From positions 1 to 64,000 of the IMG/VR virus record IMGVR_UViG_3300014205_000210: a stretch of DNA of 64,000 nt; one strand, written 5' to 3'. Positions 54,276-63,899 of this stretch are shown here, piece by piece. This DNA comes from an uncultured virus (IMG/VR IMGVR_UViG_3300014205_000210) (lineage: Duplodnaviria > Heunggongvirae > Uroviricota > Caudoviricetes). Both the position numbers and the translations under genes were made by a program. Below the pieces are notes generated by a model. It made no database searches, had not been told where the DNA came from, and saw only the letters and a program-made list of their open reading frames with translations. The stretch's first letter is position 1. Each line of letters opens with the position of its first letter.

Positions 54276-55338
54276 TGAAGTTATAGGCCATGAAAAAACT
54301 ATTAAAGAATGGAAGCAGCGATCGAAAGAAAAAAACTTTCCACAAGTATCTTTATTCATAGGGCCTACTGGTGTTGGGAAAACAACTCTTCAACGAATTG
54401 TAGCAAAAAATATCTTATGCGAGCATACTGATAATAATGGTAATGCTTGTAATAATTGCTCTATTTGTAATGCTATTAATTTAGAAAGACCTGCTATAAA
54501 CTATTATGAATATGATGGTTATGATCTTAATATAGAAAAAGCTCGTGATATAGAAGAGATAGCTTCTCGTAAAATTTCTTTTGAGACTAGTAATAAAAAA
54601 GTATTTGTACTTGATGAACTTCAAGCGCTTTCTAAAAATCCTCAAGCCCTAAAAAAATTATTAAAGTTTCTTGAACGCCAATATAAAGAAGTATATTTTC
54701 TTCTTGGCTCTATGGAAACTTTAAAATTACCTCCTGCTATTCTTGGGAGAACTATAAAATATAATTTAAAACCTTTAACTTCAAAACAAATTGGTGAATA
54801 CTTATATAAGTATTGTGAATCCATAAATATTAAAATTGACACTGAAGAAAAAGCAAGTATACTTTTGACAATAAGTGAAGCGGCTCGTGGTTCAATGAGA
54901 GATGCCCTAGCATATTTAGAAAGAGTTATTTATGGAAATATTTGGAATGAAAAAGATCTTCTTTCTGAACTTGATTTAGTTACTGAAAAAACCTTAAGCA
55001 AAATTATCAATGGTTTACTTTCTGGAAATATAAATGTTTTAACTGAAGTTGAATTGACAGACGAGACTATTGAACAGCTTCGTAAAAAATTAAATTTTTT
55101 ATATAAGCAAGCAGCAGGTCTACAATTACCTTTTTATATTAAAGGAGAATTAGACAAGATTGATACTTCTGTTCATATTTCTATTATAGAAATGTGTATT
55201 GACCGGTTAAACTCATTATTAAAATTCACCTATTTAACGCCCACGTTAATAGAATTCACTCTAATAGGTATTATCACCCAGGCTAAACAAATGCAACCGG
55301 GTCAATCTGGAGCATCCCAGCGACCTTCTAGAATATAG
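54238..55338 (+). CDS. dnaX: clamp-loader ATPase (DNA pol III gamma/tau-like)
   Basis: P.TLNEVIGH, GPTGVGKTT, C..CNNCSIC zinc site, KVFVLDE, LLKFLE, GSMRDAL. Confidence 0.88.
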   Translation: MNLAQKLIPPTLNEVIGHEKTIKEWKQRSKEKNFPQVSLFIGPTGVGKTTLQRIVAKNILCEHTDNNGNACNNCSICNAINLERPAINYYEYDGYDLNIEKARDIEEIASRKISFETSNKKVFVLDELQALSKNPQALKKLLKFLERQYKEVYFLLGSMETLKLPPAILGRTIKYNLKPLTSKQIGEYLYKYCESINIKIDTEEKASILLTISEAARGSMRDALAYLERVIYGNIWNEKDLLSELDLVTEKTLSKIINGLLSGNINVLTEVELTDETIEQLRKKLNFLYKQAAGLQLPFYIKGELDKIDTSVHISIIEMCIDRLNSLLKFTYLTPTLIEFTLIGIITQAKQMQPGQSGASQRPSRI

Positions 55339-55340
55339 TT

Positions 55341-55595
55341 ATGATAACACCAAAAGAAAAATATTATGAATTGATTAAAAATAGCAATATATCTAACATT
55401 TTAGATGAATTAGAAGTATCTTATACTACAAAAGCTCGAATTATTACAGATCTTCTAAAAACGTATACTTCTGAACAAATAAATTTTGCTTTAGACATTT
55501 ATCAAAATAGGTATATTGCAATAAAACGATATACTCTTAGTCATATAGACAGGACGTTAATTTCAATAATTAAACGATATGATGCTCAAAAATAA
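55341..55595 (+). CDS. small hypothetical protein
   Basis: 84 aa ORF. Confidence 0.5.
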   Translation: MITPKEKYYELIKNSNISNILDELEVSYTTKARIITDLLKTYTSEQINFALDIYQNRYIAIKRYTLSHIDRTLISIIKRYDAQK

Positions 55596-55612
55596 TTTAA
55601 GGAGATTTATGT

Positions 55613-55780
55613 ATGAAAATATATTGCAAAAAATGTAAAACTATTACCCGCCATAAGTCAGCTCCTCGAGGAGTTGTATGCAAGAAATGTAGTGAATTTA
55701 ACGTAGACTATTATAAGGAGTTACAAATAAAAGATGAACAAAGTATTGGTCATTGGAGATTTGCACTTAAAGCATACTAG
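55613..55780 (+). CDS. small zinc-ribbon protein (CKKC..H..CKKC)
   Basis: Hand translation MKIYCKKCKTITRHKSAPRGVVCKKCSEF...; AAGGAG RBS. Confidence 0.5.
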   Translation: MKIYCKKCKTITRHKSAPRGVVCKKCSEFNVDYYKELQIKDEQSIGHWRFALKAY

Positions 55781-56639
55781 CCCTTATTTTGAAGCACAAC
55801 AACAGTTTTTAAATTGGCTAGATGAAAATTATAGAGGAAATACTTTTATCTTTGTTGGTGATGAGCTTGACAGTTCAGCTCCAGATTGGGAAGTTTTCTC
55901 TATGTTCGCTAATTTTTTAGAAAAACAAACTCAAGTATACTTGCTTGGCGGAAACCATACACATTCACGTAGAAAAGGAAGTGTGCTTGAAGGAATTAAT
56001 CATCTTCCTAATGTTAAAGTGATTTTAGAAAAAGAAGAAATTACTATTAACAATTATAAGTGTTTGTTTTTGCCTTTTAAATACTCATTAAGTATGAAAG
56101 AAGAATATGAGAGTCTTAAAGGGTCTTATGACTTTATTTTTACTCATATAACCCCGCCTGAATCTGCTTTTGGAAATGAAGGAATTAATCTTAGCGTGCA
56201 AGGAACTACTATCCATGGGCATATTCATTTAGCTAAAAACTTTATTCATAATGAAAATCAACATTACATAATTGGGGTTCCTATTGCTACTCGTCATGGA
56301 GAAATTGATAATCCAATATTTGAAATTGTTGAAGGTAAAATTGTTGAAATAACCCACCCAAGTTATTTTGAATATGAAACAGTAGAGTTTGGCCAACTAC
56401 CAAAAAATAAAAATAATGTTTTGAATATTATTAATGCCCCAGATTCAAATTCAGTAAATGACTTTTATAAAGATTATTTTGTACGAGATATTGAATTAAA
56501 ACGTACTGAAAATGCTTTGCAAGAAAATATTACTTTTAATGCTGCAACAATAAAAATTAAGTTTTATACGTTCTGCCTTGAAAATGGAGTGTCAAAAGAA
56601 ATACTTGATTGTGGACTTCGTTATTTAGGAGAATCTTAA
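55734..56639 (+). CDS. sbcD: SbcD/Mre11-like nuclease
   Basis: GDLH, GD, GNH, TH, GHIH; SbcC partner in window. Confidence 0.82.
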   Translation: MNKVLVIGDLHLKHTSPYFEAQQQFLNWLDENYRGNTFIFVGDELDSSAPDWEVFSMFANFLEKQTQVYLLGGNHTHSRRKGSVLEGINHLPNVKVILEKEEITINNYKCLFLPFKYSLSMKEEYESLKGSYDFIFTHITPPESAFGNEGINLSVQGTTIHGHIHLAKNFIHNENQHYIIGVPIATRHGEIDNPIFEIVEGKIVEITHPSYFEYETVEFGQLPKNKNNVLNIINAPDSNSVNDFYKDYFVRDIELKRTENALQENITFNAATIKIKFYTFCLENGVSKEILDCGLRYLGES

Positions 56640-57746
56640 TTGGAATATACTCGCTCAGATATTTATAATACTCTTGATGCGTTAAATATTCATTATGTTC
56701 AAGATTCTGGAGAATGGGTAAAACTTCAATGTGTAAATACTGCTCATGAAGACAGTACTCCTTCAGCTGGTATTAATGTTGAAACTGGGGTTTATAATTG
56801 TTTAGGGTGTAGACTAAAAACTAATATTGTAAAGATAGTTCAAAACATTTATAATTGTACTTATAAAGAAGCAGAGAATTTTGTTAAAACTCAATCTTTT
56901 GATTATATACCACAAAATGTTATTTTTCAACCAAAGCAATCTACTGAAATAAAGAAGCCAAAAGAAAAAAAATTAACTGTTAAAACTTCTTTAGAAACTT
57001 TTCCTTTACAATCAGAAAAATATAATTACACTTCTCAAAGAGGGTTTACAAAAGATTTTTGTGAAGAATTTAATATTACTCATTGTATTAGTAATTTTTA
57101 TACTGACTATTTTATTGTACCAATTATAGACTCAAAGAAAAAAATAAATTTGTTTGAAGCTCGAAAATTAATGCAGTATGAGAAACTTCAAGAGTATTAT
57201 AAAAGCTCGGATTCATTTAAAAATCTCTCTAAACAATTTAAGCGAGAATGCAAACGAAGAAAACTTAAACTTGAAAATCAAAAATTATTTGAAAACAATA
57301 AAGAAATCTTTTCTATTGAATTAACATACTTACTTCAGAAAAAAGTTTTATACCCTAAAGGAGTAAGTATAAATACTACTATTTTTAATATTGATAATTT
57401 AGATAGGAAAAAACCCTTATATGTAGTTGAGGGATTTGGAAGTGTACCAAAAATTTATTTGAATATTTCTAAAAATGTAACCTGCACTTTTGGAGCTGTA
57501 ATTACTGAAGACCAAATGGATTATTTAAAAGAGTTTAAAGAAATACTTTTATTAAATGACAATGATTTTGCTGGTTATAAAATGGCGGAACAACTTGGAA
57601 AAGAACATTTAAATGCTTATACAATTCCTATTATTTCAGAAGACACCGATGACTCTTATGTAAAAGATATTCTTTCTACTCCTCAGTTTTTGTGTAATAT
57701 ATATGCAAATAGAAAACTTTTATTAGGAAATTATAAAAAGTTTTAG
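56640..57746 (+). CDS. dnaG: DnaG-type primase
   Basis: CHC2 zinc finger C..HED.TPS..CLGC; TOPRIM VVEG, FG, DNDFAG. Confidence 0.88.
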   Translation: MEYTRSDIYNTLDALNIHYVQDSGEWVKLQCVNTAHEDSTPSAGINVETGVYNCLGCRLKTNIVKIVQNIYNCTYKEAENFVKTQSFDYIPQNVIFQPKQSTEIKKPKEKKLTVKTSLETFPLQSEKYNYTSQRGFTKDFCEEFNITHCISNFYTDYFIVPIIDSKKKINLFEARKLMQYEKLQEYYKSSDSFKNLSKQFKRECKRRKLKLENQKLFENNKEIFSIELTYLLQKKVLYPKGVSINTTIFNIDNLDRKKPLYVVEGFGSVPKIYLNISKNVTCTFGAVITEDQMDYLKEFKEILLLNDNDFAGYKMAEQLGKEHLNAYTIPIISEDTDDSYVKDILSTPQFLCNIYANRKLLLGNYKKF

Positions 57747-58057
57747 TCAATTTCAATTTCAAAAAACTTTAAAATTCCATACAATTCTAGTGCTCGTAAA
57801 AGCTCTTTTGATGAATGTACTAAAATGAGTTTTTTGTGTTGTATTTGAAGAGTATTAAAAATATTTATAAGGAGAGCTATAAAAGTTGAGTCAAACTCTT
57901 TTAGTTGTCTTAAGTCTAAGGTAAATTTTTCGTAAGAGTTTAAATATGGTCTTATTTCTTCAAAAGCAATATGCGAAGCAAAAAGAGTGATTGATGGTTT
58001 GCAAATAGTAATAAATAAACAATTATTTTTAATATCTACTTCAAAATTAATTTTCAC
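57743..58057 (-). CDS. STAS-domain anti-sigma factor antagonist
   Basis: LDLRQLKEFDSTFIALLI..LILV..ELLRALELYGILKFFEI; conserved DS phospho-acceptor Ser. Confidence 0.85.
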   Translation of the reverse strand: MKINFEVDIKNNCLFITICKPSITLFASHIAFEEIRPYLNSYEKFTLDLRQLKEFDSTFIALLINIFNTLQIQHKKLILVHSSKELLRALELYGILKFFEIEID

Positions 58058-58211
58058 ATAAACCTAGCAAGCTTCGTAGTTTGGTATAGGGAAAAGTTTT
58101 TGAAGATGCTTTTTAATTTTTTTAATGTTGTTTGTTATTGTTTCCATTTATTTAATTTTTAAATTAATTTAGTGTTTTATATTTATATTGTTAGAGAGCT
58201 TTTATATTTCA

Positions 58212-59186
58212 TTAGTCGATGTATCTTATAGTTATAAAACCACGATTGTAAGATGTTGAATTAAAAAGTGTAGAATCGAATGACGCAGTATCTGCCATAC
58301 TAAAACTTGCTATTCTGTACAATGAAATACCTGTTGCAGTAATCCTAATCTCACCAGCTCCACTATTTACTAAATCATATAAATAAAGGCCAGCATCATC
58401 TCGTATAAAGCATGATGCGGAACGTATTTTTGAAAATGTTAATCCATGGCTTTTCCAAAGGCTGCCTGATGAAGCCATATCCCAATCATCAATATTGATG
58501 ATTTTCTCACGAATTATTCCTGCTCCAGTTCCGGTTTCAGCAATTGCATGAGCATGCCCTGTGATGTCCCCAATTAAACTTCCTGATAATGTTCCAACAA
58601 TATTAGATGAAAATGTTTTAGTGCCCGCTATTGTTTGGTTGCCTGTAAGTGCAACATTATTACTTGCATTCCCAGTGACATTTCCAACTAAACTTCCAGA
58701 TATTGTACCATTAACTCGTACATTTCCAGGTAAATAAGTTGTATTTGCTGAATCAAGTGAAGTTGAAGTTTTATAAGCAGGCCATGTATAATTAAATCCA
58801 GTTAATACACTTCCAGAATATGTAGCTTTGCCAATAGTAACTTCATTTGTAGCTTTTACTCCATTATCAGCACGAATAGCAAAGTCAATATAATTTTCAA
58901 TAACATCAGCCCACGTATAAGTCATATATACAACAGGACTTCCAGCAGACACATTAATAGTTACTGCTGTGGTTGTAGTAGCTCTAACCATTTTGTCAGT
59001 ACCAACATTAAGGTAAGCAACAAATGGGCTTATAGTTACAGTAGCATTATCAACTTTAGTAAGAGTAGCTCCAGAAAAAATACCAGGTTTAATTGCTCCT
59101 CTCAACAAAGTATTAAAACTTGCTGAAGTAGTTGGATTTTTATAATCGAAAGTTAGTGTTTGATTACCAGAATTTGTCGTACTCAT
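58212..59186 (-). CDS. tail fibre / baseplate-attached fibre protein
   Basis: Gly/Thr/Ser-rich; GSLVGNVTGNA and GNQTIAGTKTFSS fibre repeats; downstream of baseplate genes. Confidence 0.75.
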   Translation of the reverse strand: MSTTNSGNQTLTFDYKNPTTSASFNTLLRGAIKPGIFSGATLTKVDNATVTISPFVAYLNVGTDKMVRATTTTAVTINVSAGSPVVYMTYTWADVIENYIDFAIRADNGVKATNEVTIGKATYSGSVLTGFNYTWPAYKTSTSLDSANTTYLPGNVRVNGTISGSLVGNVTGNASNNVALTGNQTIAGTKTFSSNIVGTLSGSLIGDITGHAHAIAETGTGAGIIREKIINIDDWDMASSGSLWKSHGLTFSKIRSASCFIRDDAGLYLYDLVNSGAGEIRITATGISLYRIASFSMADTASFDSTLFNSTSYNRGFITIRYID

Positions 59187-59205
59187 TAAATCGAATCCTC
59201 ATTAA

Positions 59206-59215
59206 TTATTAGTAA
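59206..59215 (-). promoter_or_regulatory. class II (late-like) promoter motif TTACTAATAA
   Basis: Upstream of fibre gene RBS GAGGA. Confidence 0.65.
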
Positions 59216-59219
59216 TGAA

Positions 59220-60359
59220 CTAAACTAAGTTAAATGTAAATGCAATATTGCTATAGAAAGACCCACTATTTAAAATAACTTTTGGAAAAGTTGAATACAT
59301 AAAACACTGGCCACTTGAAGTAAAACAAGCCATTTCTGTAAAATCTGGTACCATAGCTTTTTCATATAGTTTTCTTCTATATAAAAATGGAGCCTCTGTA
59401 ATAGAAGTAAGTGTATCAAAAGCAGAAATTGTACAAACTAATCCTTGTACAGAACTAATAGAAGAATTTATAGTAGTTAATGCCCCACTCCCTAGTTGGA
59501 CTGAACCAGAATTTATCATAGAAGAAAAACTAGTAGGAGAACCGAAAAACATAGTTTTTTGACTACCAGAAAGAAGTCTTTCATAGTCTACATAATTTGT
59601 AGTTATAAGTTGACCAGAAGTACCATAGTTAATATGTAAATTTGGTTCATAATACATTTGTTCTGTTTTACGTTTAATCTGCTTACAATCATTATCAATT
59701 GCTTTTAAAGAGTTTAAGCTCATAAATTCAGTAGCATTTTCTATAAAATTAAATTTATAAGAAAACATAATGCTTCGTAATATTGAATCTACATATGAAG
59801 CTTGGTCAAGCATTGTAATAGTACTAGTAGTATCTAAATAAGCTGGAGCAAAACCTGACTCTTTTGGATCTTCATAGACAGGAATTCCTAATGTATAATA
59901 TAATAATTTATCATCCCCAGAATCGAGAATATTTATAACACTACTTAATTCAGTCGAAGTCCAGTAATCTATAAAAGGGCTAATACTATTGTCTTCTACA
60001 ATTTTTACTAATGGGTATACATCAGCATATAAATTAAAAATATACCCTTCAGCTATATATGCTTTTCTTCCATTTTTATAAAGAATGCGTTTTATAATAG
60101 TTTCAACTTCACGCTTAAGATACTCTTTAGTTATAGCCCACCCTTCATAATAAGATAAGTTCCAACCAAAACGAATTAATAAATTTTTAAGATCTGTCTC
60201 AGTAGCTTTATCTATTATCCATTGGTCATGAATAGTAGTAATTTTTTCATCTTTTAAGCTTGCAATAGTAGACTGATACGCTTGTATAAATTCTTTCCAT
60301 TTCGTTACACTCTTTAAATTAGAGGGTAGTAATTTTGTCCAGTCTTTTGTAATTGGCAT
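59220..60359 (-). CDS. baseplate wedge subunit (gp7/P2 I-like position)
   Basis: LLPSNL N-terminus, follows the baseplate J/gp6-like gene. Confidence 0.6.
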   Translation of the reverse strand: MPITKDWTKLLPSNLKSVTKWKEFIQAYQSTIASLKDEKITTIHDQWIIDKATETDLKNLLIRFGWNLSYYEGWAITKEYLKREVETIIKRILYKNGRKAYIAEGYIFNLYADVYPLVKIVEDNSISPFIDYWTSTELSSVINILDSGDDKLLYYTLGIPVYEDPKESGFAPAYLDTTSTITMLDQASYVDSILRSIMFSYKFNFIENATEFMSLNSLKAIDNDCKQIKRKTEQMYYEPNLHINYGTSGQLITTNYVDYERLLSGSQKTMFFGSPTSFSSMINSGSVQLGSGALTTINSSISSVQGLVCTISAFDTLTSITEAPFLYRRKLYEKAMVPDFTEMACFTSSGQCFMYSTFPKVILNSGSFYSNIAFTFNLV

Positions 60360-60360
60360 G

Positions 60361-62253
60361 TTATGAATAGCTTAATGTTTTAAATATATAGTCAGTGTCA
60401 ATGTCTGTAATACATCGAGACTCAGGTAATCTAACATCTTCTAAATGAGCAGGAGTTCCAGCACCATCTTGAGTTTTATATGCTATTGATATAATATATC
60501 CAGTTAAATCAGCAGCTTGAGGATTTTGAACTCCGTATGTACTAAGATTATTATAGATTGTGTCTATATAATACCCAATTTTATTTGTTGTATATGATAT
60601 ATAAGATGATGTTATTGTATAAATATTTGGAGCTGTTAAATCCCCTTGCTTACCAACTATAGTACCACTAACATCTTTTCCTATAAGATAAGGAATATCA
60701 TCCCAAACTCCAGCCCGTTTTCGATGAATCCAGATTTCTAAAGTGTCTTGTTGTAAATAAATCTGATCTGCTGCTATCGAGGTTTCTGAAGATGGATAAC
60801 TAACAGCAATTTCATACACTACTAATGTAGCAGCTTTATTTTTTTCCATTTGTAAAACTTCAGTTTCATGATGGTCAATATATAATACAGAGTCAATAAT
60901 TTTTGTATAATTTGACCAATAAACATTTTTTTGAAAATCTACATTTAGAATCCCATAATTAGTTGTTAATGCTGTATCAATTAAGCTATCAACAGTAGTA
61001 TAAGCTTGAGAAGTTATAGTAGCTTCTATTTTAAACATAAGAAAAATAATAGCTGGGTCAAACCATGAAACAATTTCAGTCACTCCCTTTTTATTTTTAT
61101 CTTTAAGATAAAGTACAACAGCATCTTTCTGAGCGCTTGTTAATGTCGACCCATCAGTAGAAATAGCTGTAACATATACTTTGTTAACAGTATCAGTAGA
61201 AGTATATCCAAGTTCTTCTCCATTAGCTACATTTGCTCGATAAATATATCCAGAAGCTTCTAAGACAGTTTTCCAATCAGTATCTCCTCCACATCGGTAT
61301 CCAGCAGCAAATAATTGAGGGCCATAGTTTCGTATGTGCTCAATATCTTCTATATCAGTTCCATTACTTATTTCATCATCATTAGTAACATATAAAGTAA
61401 CTACATCCCCATTTGCATCAACTAAGTCTTCTGCAAATTGAGTAATAATATCTGCTTGTGTAATATTACCAGCAGCTCCATTTGTTTCAGCATACGTAAT
61501 TTTAACTAATTGCCCCGTAGCTAATTGACGCCCGTAAACATTATCACCAAATTTAATAAGTACTTGTTCAAAAGTAGAAGCGTTAACTACTTCACAATAG
61601 TAATTTGTGGTGTCTGTTAAAAAATATAATTTTTCTGGATTTGTTATAGTAGCATCAGTTAAATTATCTTCACCACAAATGTTAACTGCATTAAGAACAG
61701 TTCCATTTGAGTCTACAATATCAACTTGAATATAATCATTTTCTACTGTATTAGAAACTAAAGGGATTATTTCATTTGCTGTTCCAGCAGCTTCATATGT
61801 ATAAGTTTTAACAGTACCTTCTTTTACAGCAATAGATAATGACCCAGAAGTACCATTTCCATAAATTTCAGTTTCAGTGGTATAAGCAAATACTGTTTTA
61901 TTTGTATTTTGTAATTGAGTCCATTTAGGTATAGTTACACTTACTCCAGTATATGCTGACCCGCTAAATGTAGAGCTTGCATTAACACTAACTTCTCCAG
62001 AGGCTCCTACTGTTCTATAAGGAATGTAACCAATATATGGTGATTGATTTACTAATGACTCTTTTATTTCTGCAGTTTCCCAAGTGCTTTCACGATAGTA
62101 AACTTCAACTAAATATGCTAATTTTTCAATGCCATAAGCTACTACATCGATTAGTCTTTCATATACCCCATAAAAAAGTATTTTGGACCAACTTGATAAT
62201 AAGGATAGCTTATTTTTTAAGTCTGTTTTTATTGAATCAAAATCAAAGGTCAT
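60361..62253 (-). CDS. baseplate wedge protein (T4 gp6 / baseplate J-like)
   Basis: FDFDSIK.DL, LIDVVAY, ETAE..S, IGYIP, IKFGDNVYG, GTDIEDIEHIR, NKVYV. Confidence 0.88.
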   Translation of the reverse strand: MTFDFDSIKTDLKNKLSLLSSWSKILFYGVYERLIDVVAYGIEKLAYLVEVYYRESTWETAEIKESLVNQSPYIGYIPYRTVGASGEVSVNASSTFSGSAYTGVSVTIPKWTQLQNTNKTVFAYTTETEIYGNGTSGSLSIAVKEGTVKTYTYEAAGTANEIIPLVSNTVENDYIQVDIVDSNGTVLNAVNICGEDNLTDATITNPEKLYFLTDTTNYYCEVVNASTFEQVLIKFGDNVYGRQLATGQLVKITYAETNGAAGNITQADIITQFAEDLVDANGDVVTLYVTNDDEISNGTDIEDIEHIRNYGPQLFAAGYRCGGDTDWKTVLEASGYIYRANVANGEELGYTSTDTVNKVYVTAISTDGSTLTSAQKDAVVLYLKDKNKKGVTEIVSWFDPAIIFLMFKIEATITSQAYTTVDSLIDTALTTNYGILNVDFQKNVYWSNYTKIIDSVLYIDHHETEVLQMEKNKAATLVVYEIAVSYPSSETSIAADQIYLQQDTLEIWIHRKRAGVWDDIPYLIGKDVSGTIVGKQGDLTAPNIYTITSSYISYTTNKIGYYIDTIYNNLSTYGVQNPQAADLTGYIISIAYKTQDGAGTPAHLEDVRLPESRCITDIDTDYIFKTLSYS

Positions 62254-62264
62254 AAATTATTACC

Positions 62265-62852
62265 TTAGCTTAAGTTTATGAGTGCAAGTATTTCTTCGAA
62301 ATAGCTGTCAGAAGCTTCAAGATTTATTAAAAGATATTTACCCCATTGCCAATGCAATTTTTCTGAATTAAATTTTAGTAATTTGCTTTTCATTTCAGGT
62401 TTTTTAATTAATACCCAGTTCCGTAAATTAAGTTCAGAAAATTCTATTTCTTCAAAAGTAAAAGACTGTTTTGCTGTTAAATCTTTTGTATAAATTTTTA
62501 AAGATTGGGTTCGACCTGTAATTGGCTCAGAGTATTCCAGATTTATAATTAATATTTTACGTACATAGTCTCTTTCTATATATAGTTTTTTTAGTTCAAT
62601 ACTAGGAGAAAAATTATTCATAATACCAGTTCTAATTAAAAATACTAACTGATCAACTTTTGCATCAGTCATATTTTTAAAAATGGCTCTGTCTAATACA
62701 CCAGCTTCATTTGGTTTTTTAAGGATATCCCCTAATTTAGAAGTTATCCACGTAGTTAAAGCAGAATCTACTGCTTCGTTATCAAAATGAACAATAGCTT
62801 CACCTGAAGAAGTATCATTGCCAAATAAGTCAAGATCGTGGTATATTTCCAT
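62265..62852 (-). CDS. baseplate gp25/W-like protein with C-terminal extension
   Basis: DLDL..DNEAV..L..T..GD..P..G pattern; position before gp6-like gene. Confidence 0.65.
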   Translation of the reverse strand: MEIYHDLDLFGNDTSSGEAIVHFDNEAVDSALTTWITSKLGDILKKPNEAGVLDRAIFKNMTDAKVDQLVFLIRTGIMNNFSPSIELKKLYIERDYVRKILIINLEYSEPITGRTQSLKIYTKDLTAKQSFTFEEIEFSELNLRNWVLIKKPEMKSKLLKFNSEKLHWQWGKYLLINLEASDSYFEEILALINLS

Positions 62853-62867
62853 AATAATTTTTCTTAA

Positions 62868-62877
62868 TTATTAGTAA
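62868..62877 (-). promoter_or_regulatory. class II (late-like) promoter motif TTACTAATAA
   Basis: Upstream of baseplate operon. Confidence 0.65.
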
Positions 62878-62890
62878 TAACAATGAAGTA

Positions 62891-63577
62891 TTAACTAGTT
62901 ACAAGTTTTTGAGTTTTAGCAGAAGTTATATTTAAAGTTGTATTTCCCGTAGCTGTGCCACCTGCTCCATTTGCTTTTACAATATCAGCATTGAGTAAAG
63001 TCAGCATAGTTTGTAGGGCTGTATTTAATTCTGTCCATGTAACTAATTCTTTTGTATTTCCGTTTATTTCAATTTTATTAGCAGTTGTTGTTTTTATAGT
63101 ATTGCTATAATTATCAGAATACTCAAGAAGGCCCTGAGTGTTTATATGAACCCATGCTTTTGGGTGATATATTGTAACCTCAGGTTTTGAATCAGAAGAA
63201 GATACTGCGAGGCAAATTCCGTTTTTAAAGTATAAAAATTTCACATCAGGGTATGAAGCTGACCCACCAACTGTACTTTTAATATCGTCTTCATACAGTT
63301 CATGAGGATGTAAACTTTCTAAATTTAAGTCAAATAAATAAAAAGCATTTCTAAAATTTATTTCATCTTCAAAATAAATCCAAACCTTAGAATTGGTTTC
63401 TGGTATACAAGAAATTCCATAAGAGTTTGACCCACCAGAAAAGCTTTTAGCTTGACGTGCCCAAGGATAATCATCTTGCCCAAAGTCTTTCATTTCAGGA
63501 AGAATTTTTATTTGAACTTTTCCTTCTTTATCTGTGTCATTGTTGTCAACTATTTCTGCAACATAAAACTTAGGCAT
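62891..63577 (-). CDS. baseplate central spike (gp5/gpV OB-fold)
   Basis: AEIVDNND.DKEGKVQIKI..PWA..IPETNSKVWIYFE. Confidence 0.85.
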   Translation of the reverse strand: MPKFYVAEIVDNNDTDKEGKVQIKILPEMKDFGQDDYPWARQAKSFSGGSNSYGISCIPETNSKVWIYFEDEINFRNAFYLFDLNLESLHPHELYEDDIKSTVGGSASYPDVKFLYFKNGICLAVSSSDSKPEVTIYHPKAWVHINTQGLLEYSDNYSNTIKTTTANKIEINGNTKELVTWTELNTALQTMLTLLNADIVKANGAGGTATGNTTLNITSAKTQKLVTS

Positions 63578-63587
63578 CGAGTCTCTC

Positions 63588-63899
63588 CTATTTTTTATTA
63601 GCTAAAAGAAAATCCTTAAGATCTTGTAATTTTGGTATATTTATTATTGTTCCTACTGGTACATCTTCTATATCAGCAATATTATTTAAAAGTAAAAGTA
63701 CATATTCCCATGATACATCACCATAATAAGCCCAACTTATAAGATAAGGTTTAATAAGTTCCACAGAAGTTATTGCATGTTTATAAAATCCATTAGCCCA
63801 AGGAAAAGTACTCCACTTAATTGTGGTTGAATCATACACTGTAATATTATGAATATTACTACTACCTTCTTCTAAAGTGTCCATGAATAAATGATGCAT
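63588..63899 (-). CDS. baseplate wedge gp53/LysM-like (tail X-like) protein
   Basis: KPYLISWAYYGD..W.VLL.LNNI.D...VGTIINIP. Confidence 0.8.
   Translation of the reverse strand: MHHLFMDTLEEGSSNIHNITVYDSTTIKWSTFPWANGFYKHAITSVELIKPYLISWAYYGDVSWEYVLLLLNNIADIEDVPVGTIINIPKLQDLKDFLLANKK

Noticed and set aside
811..62255. Opposite-strand or alternate-frame ORFs in the track (e.g. 811..1101, 1872..2147, 11060..11332, 19200..19483, 24055..24246, 46679..47131, 50327..50688, 54642..54842, 62037..62255)
   Set aside because: They lie inside or largely overlap well-supported genes, lack RBSs and motifs, and look like shadow ORFs.
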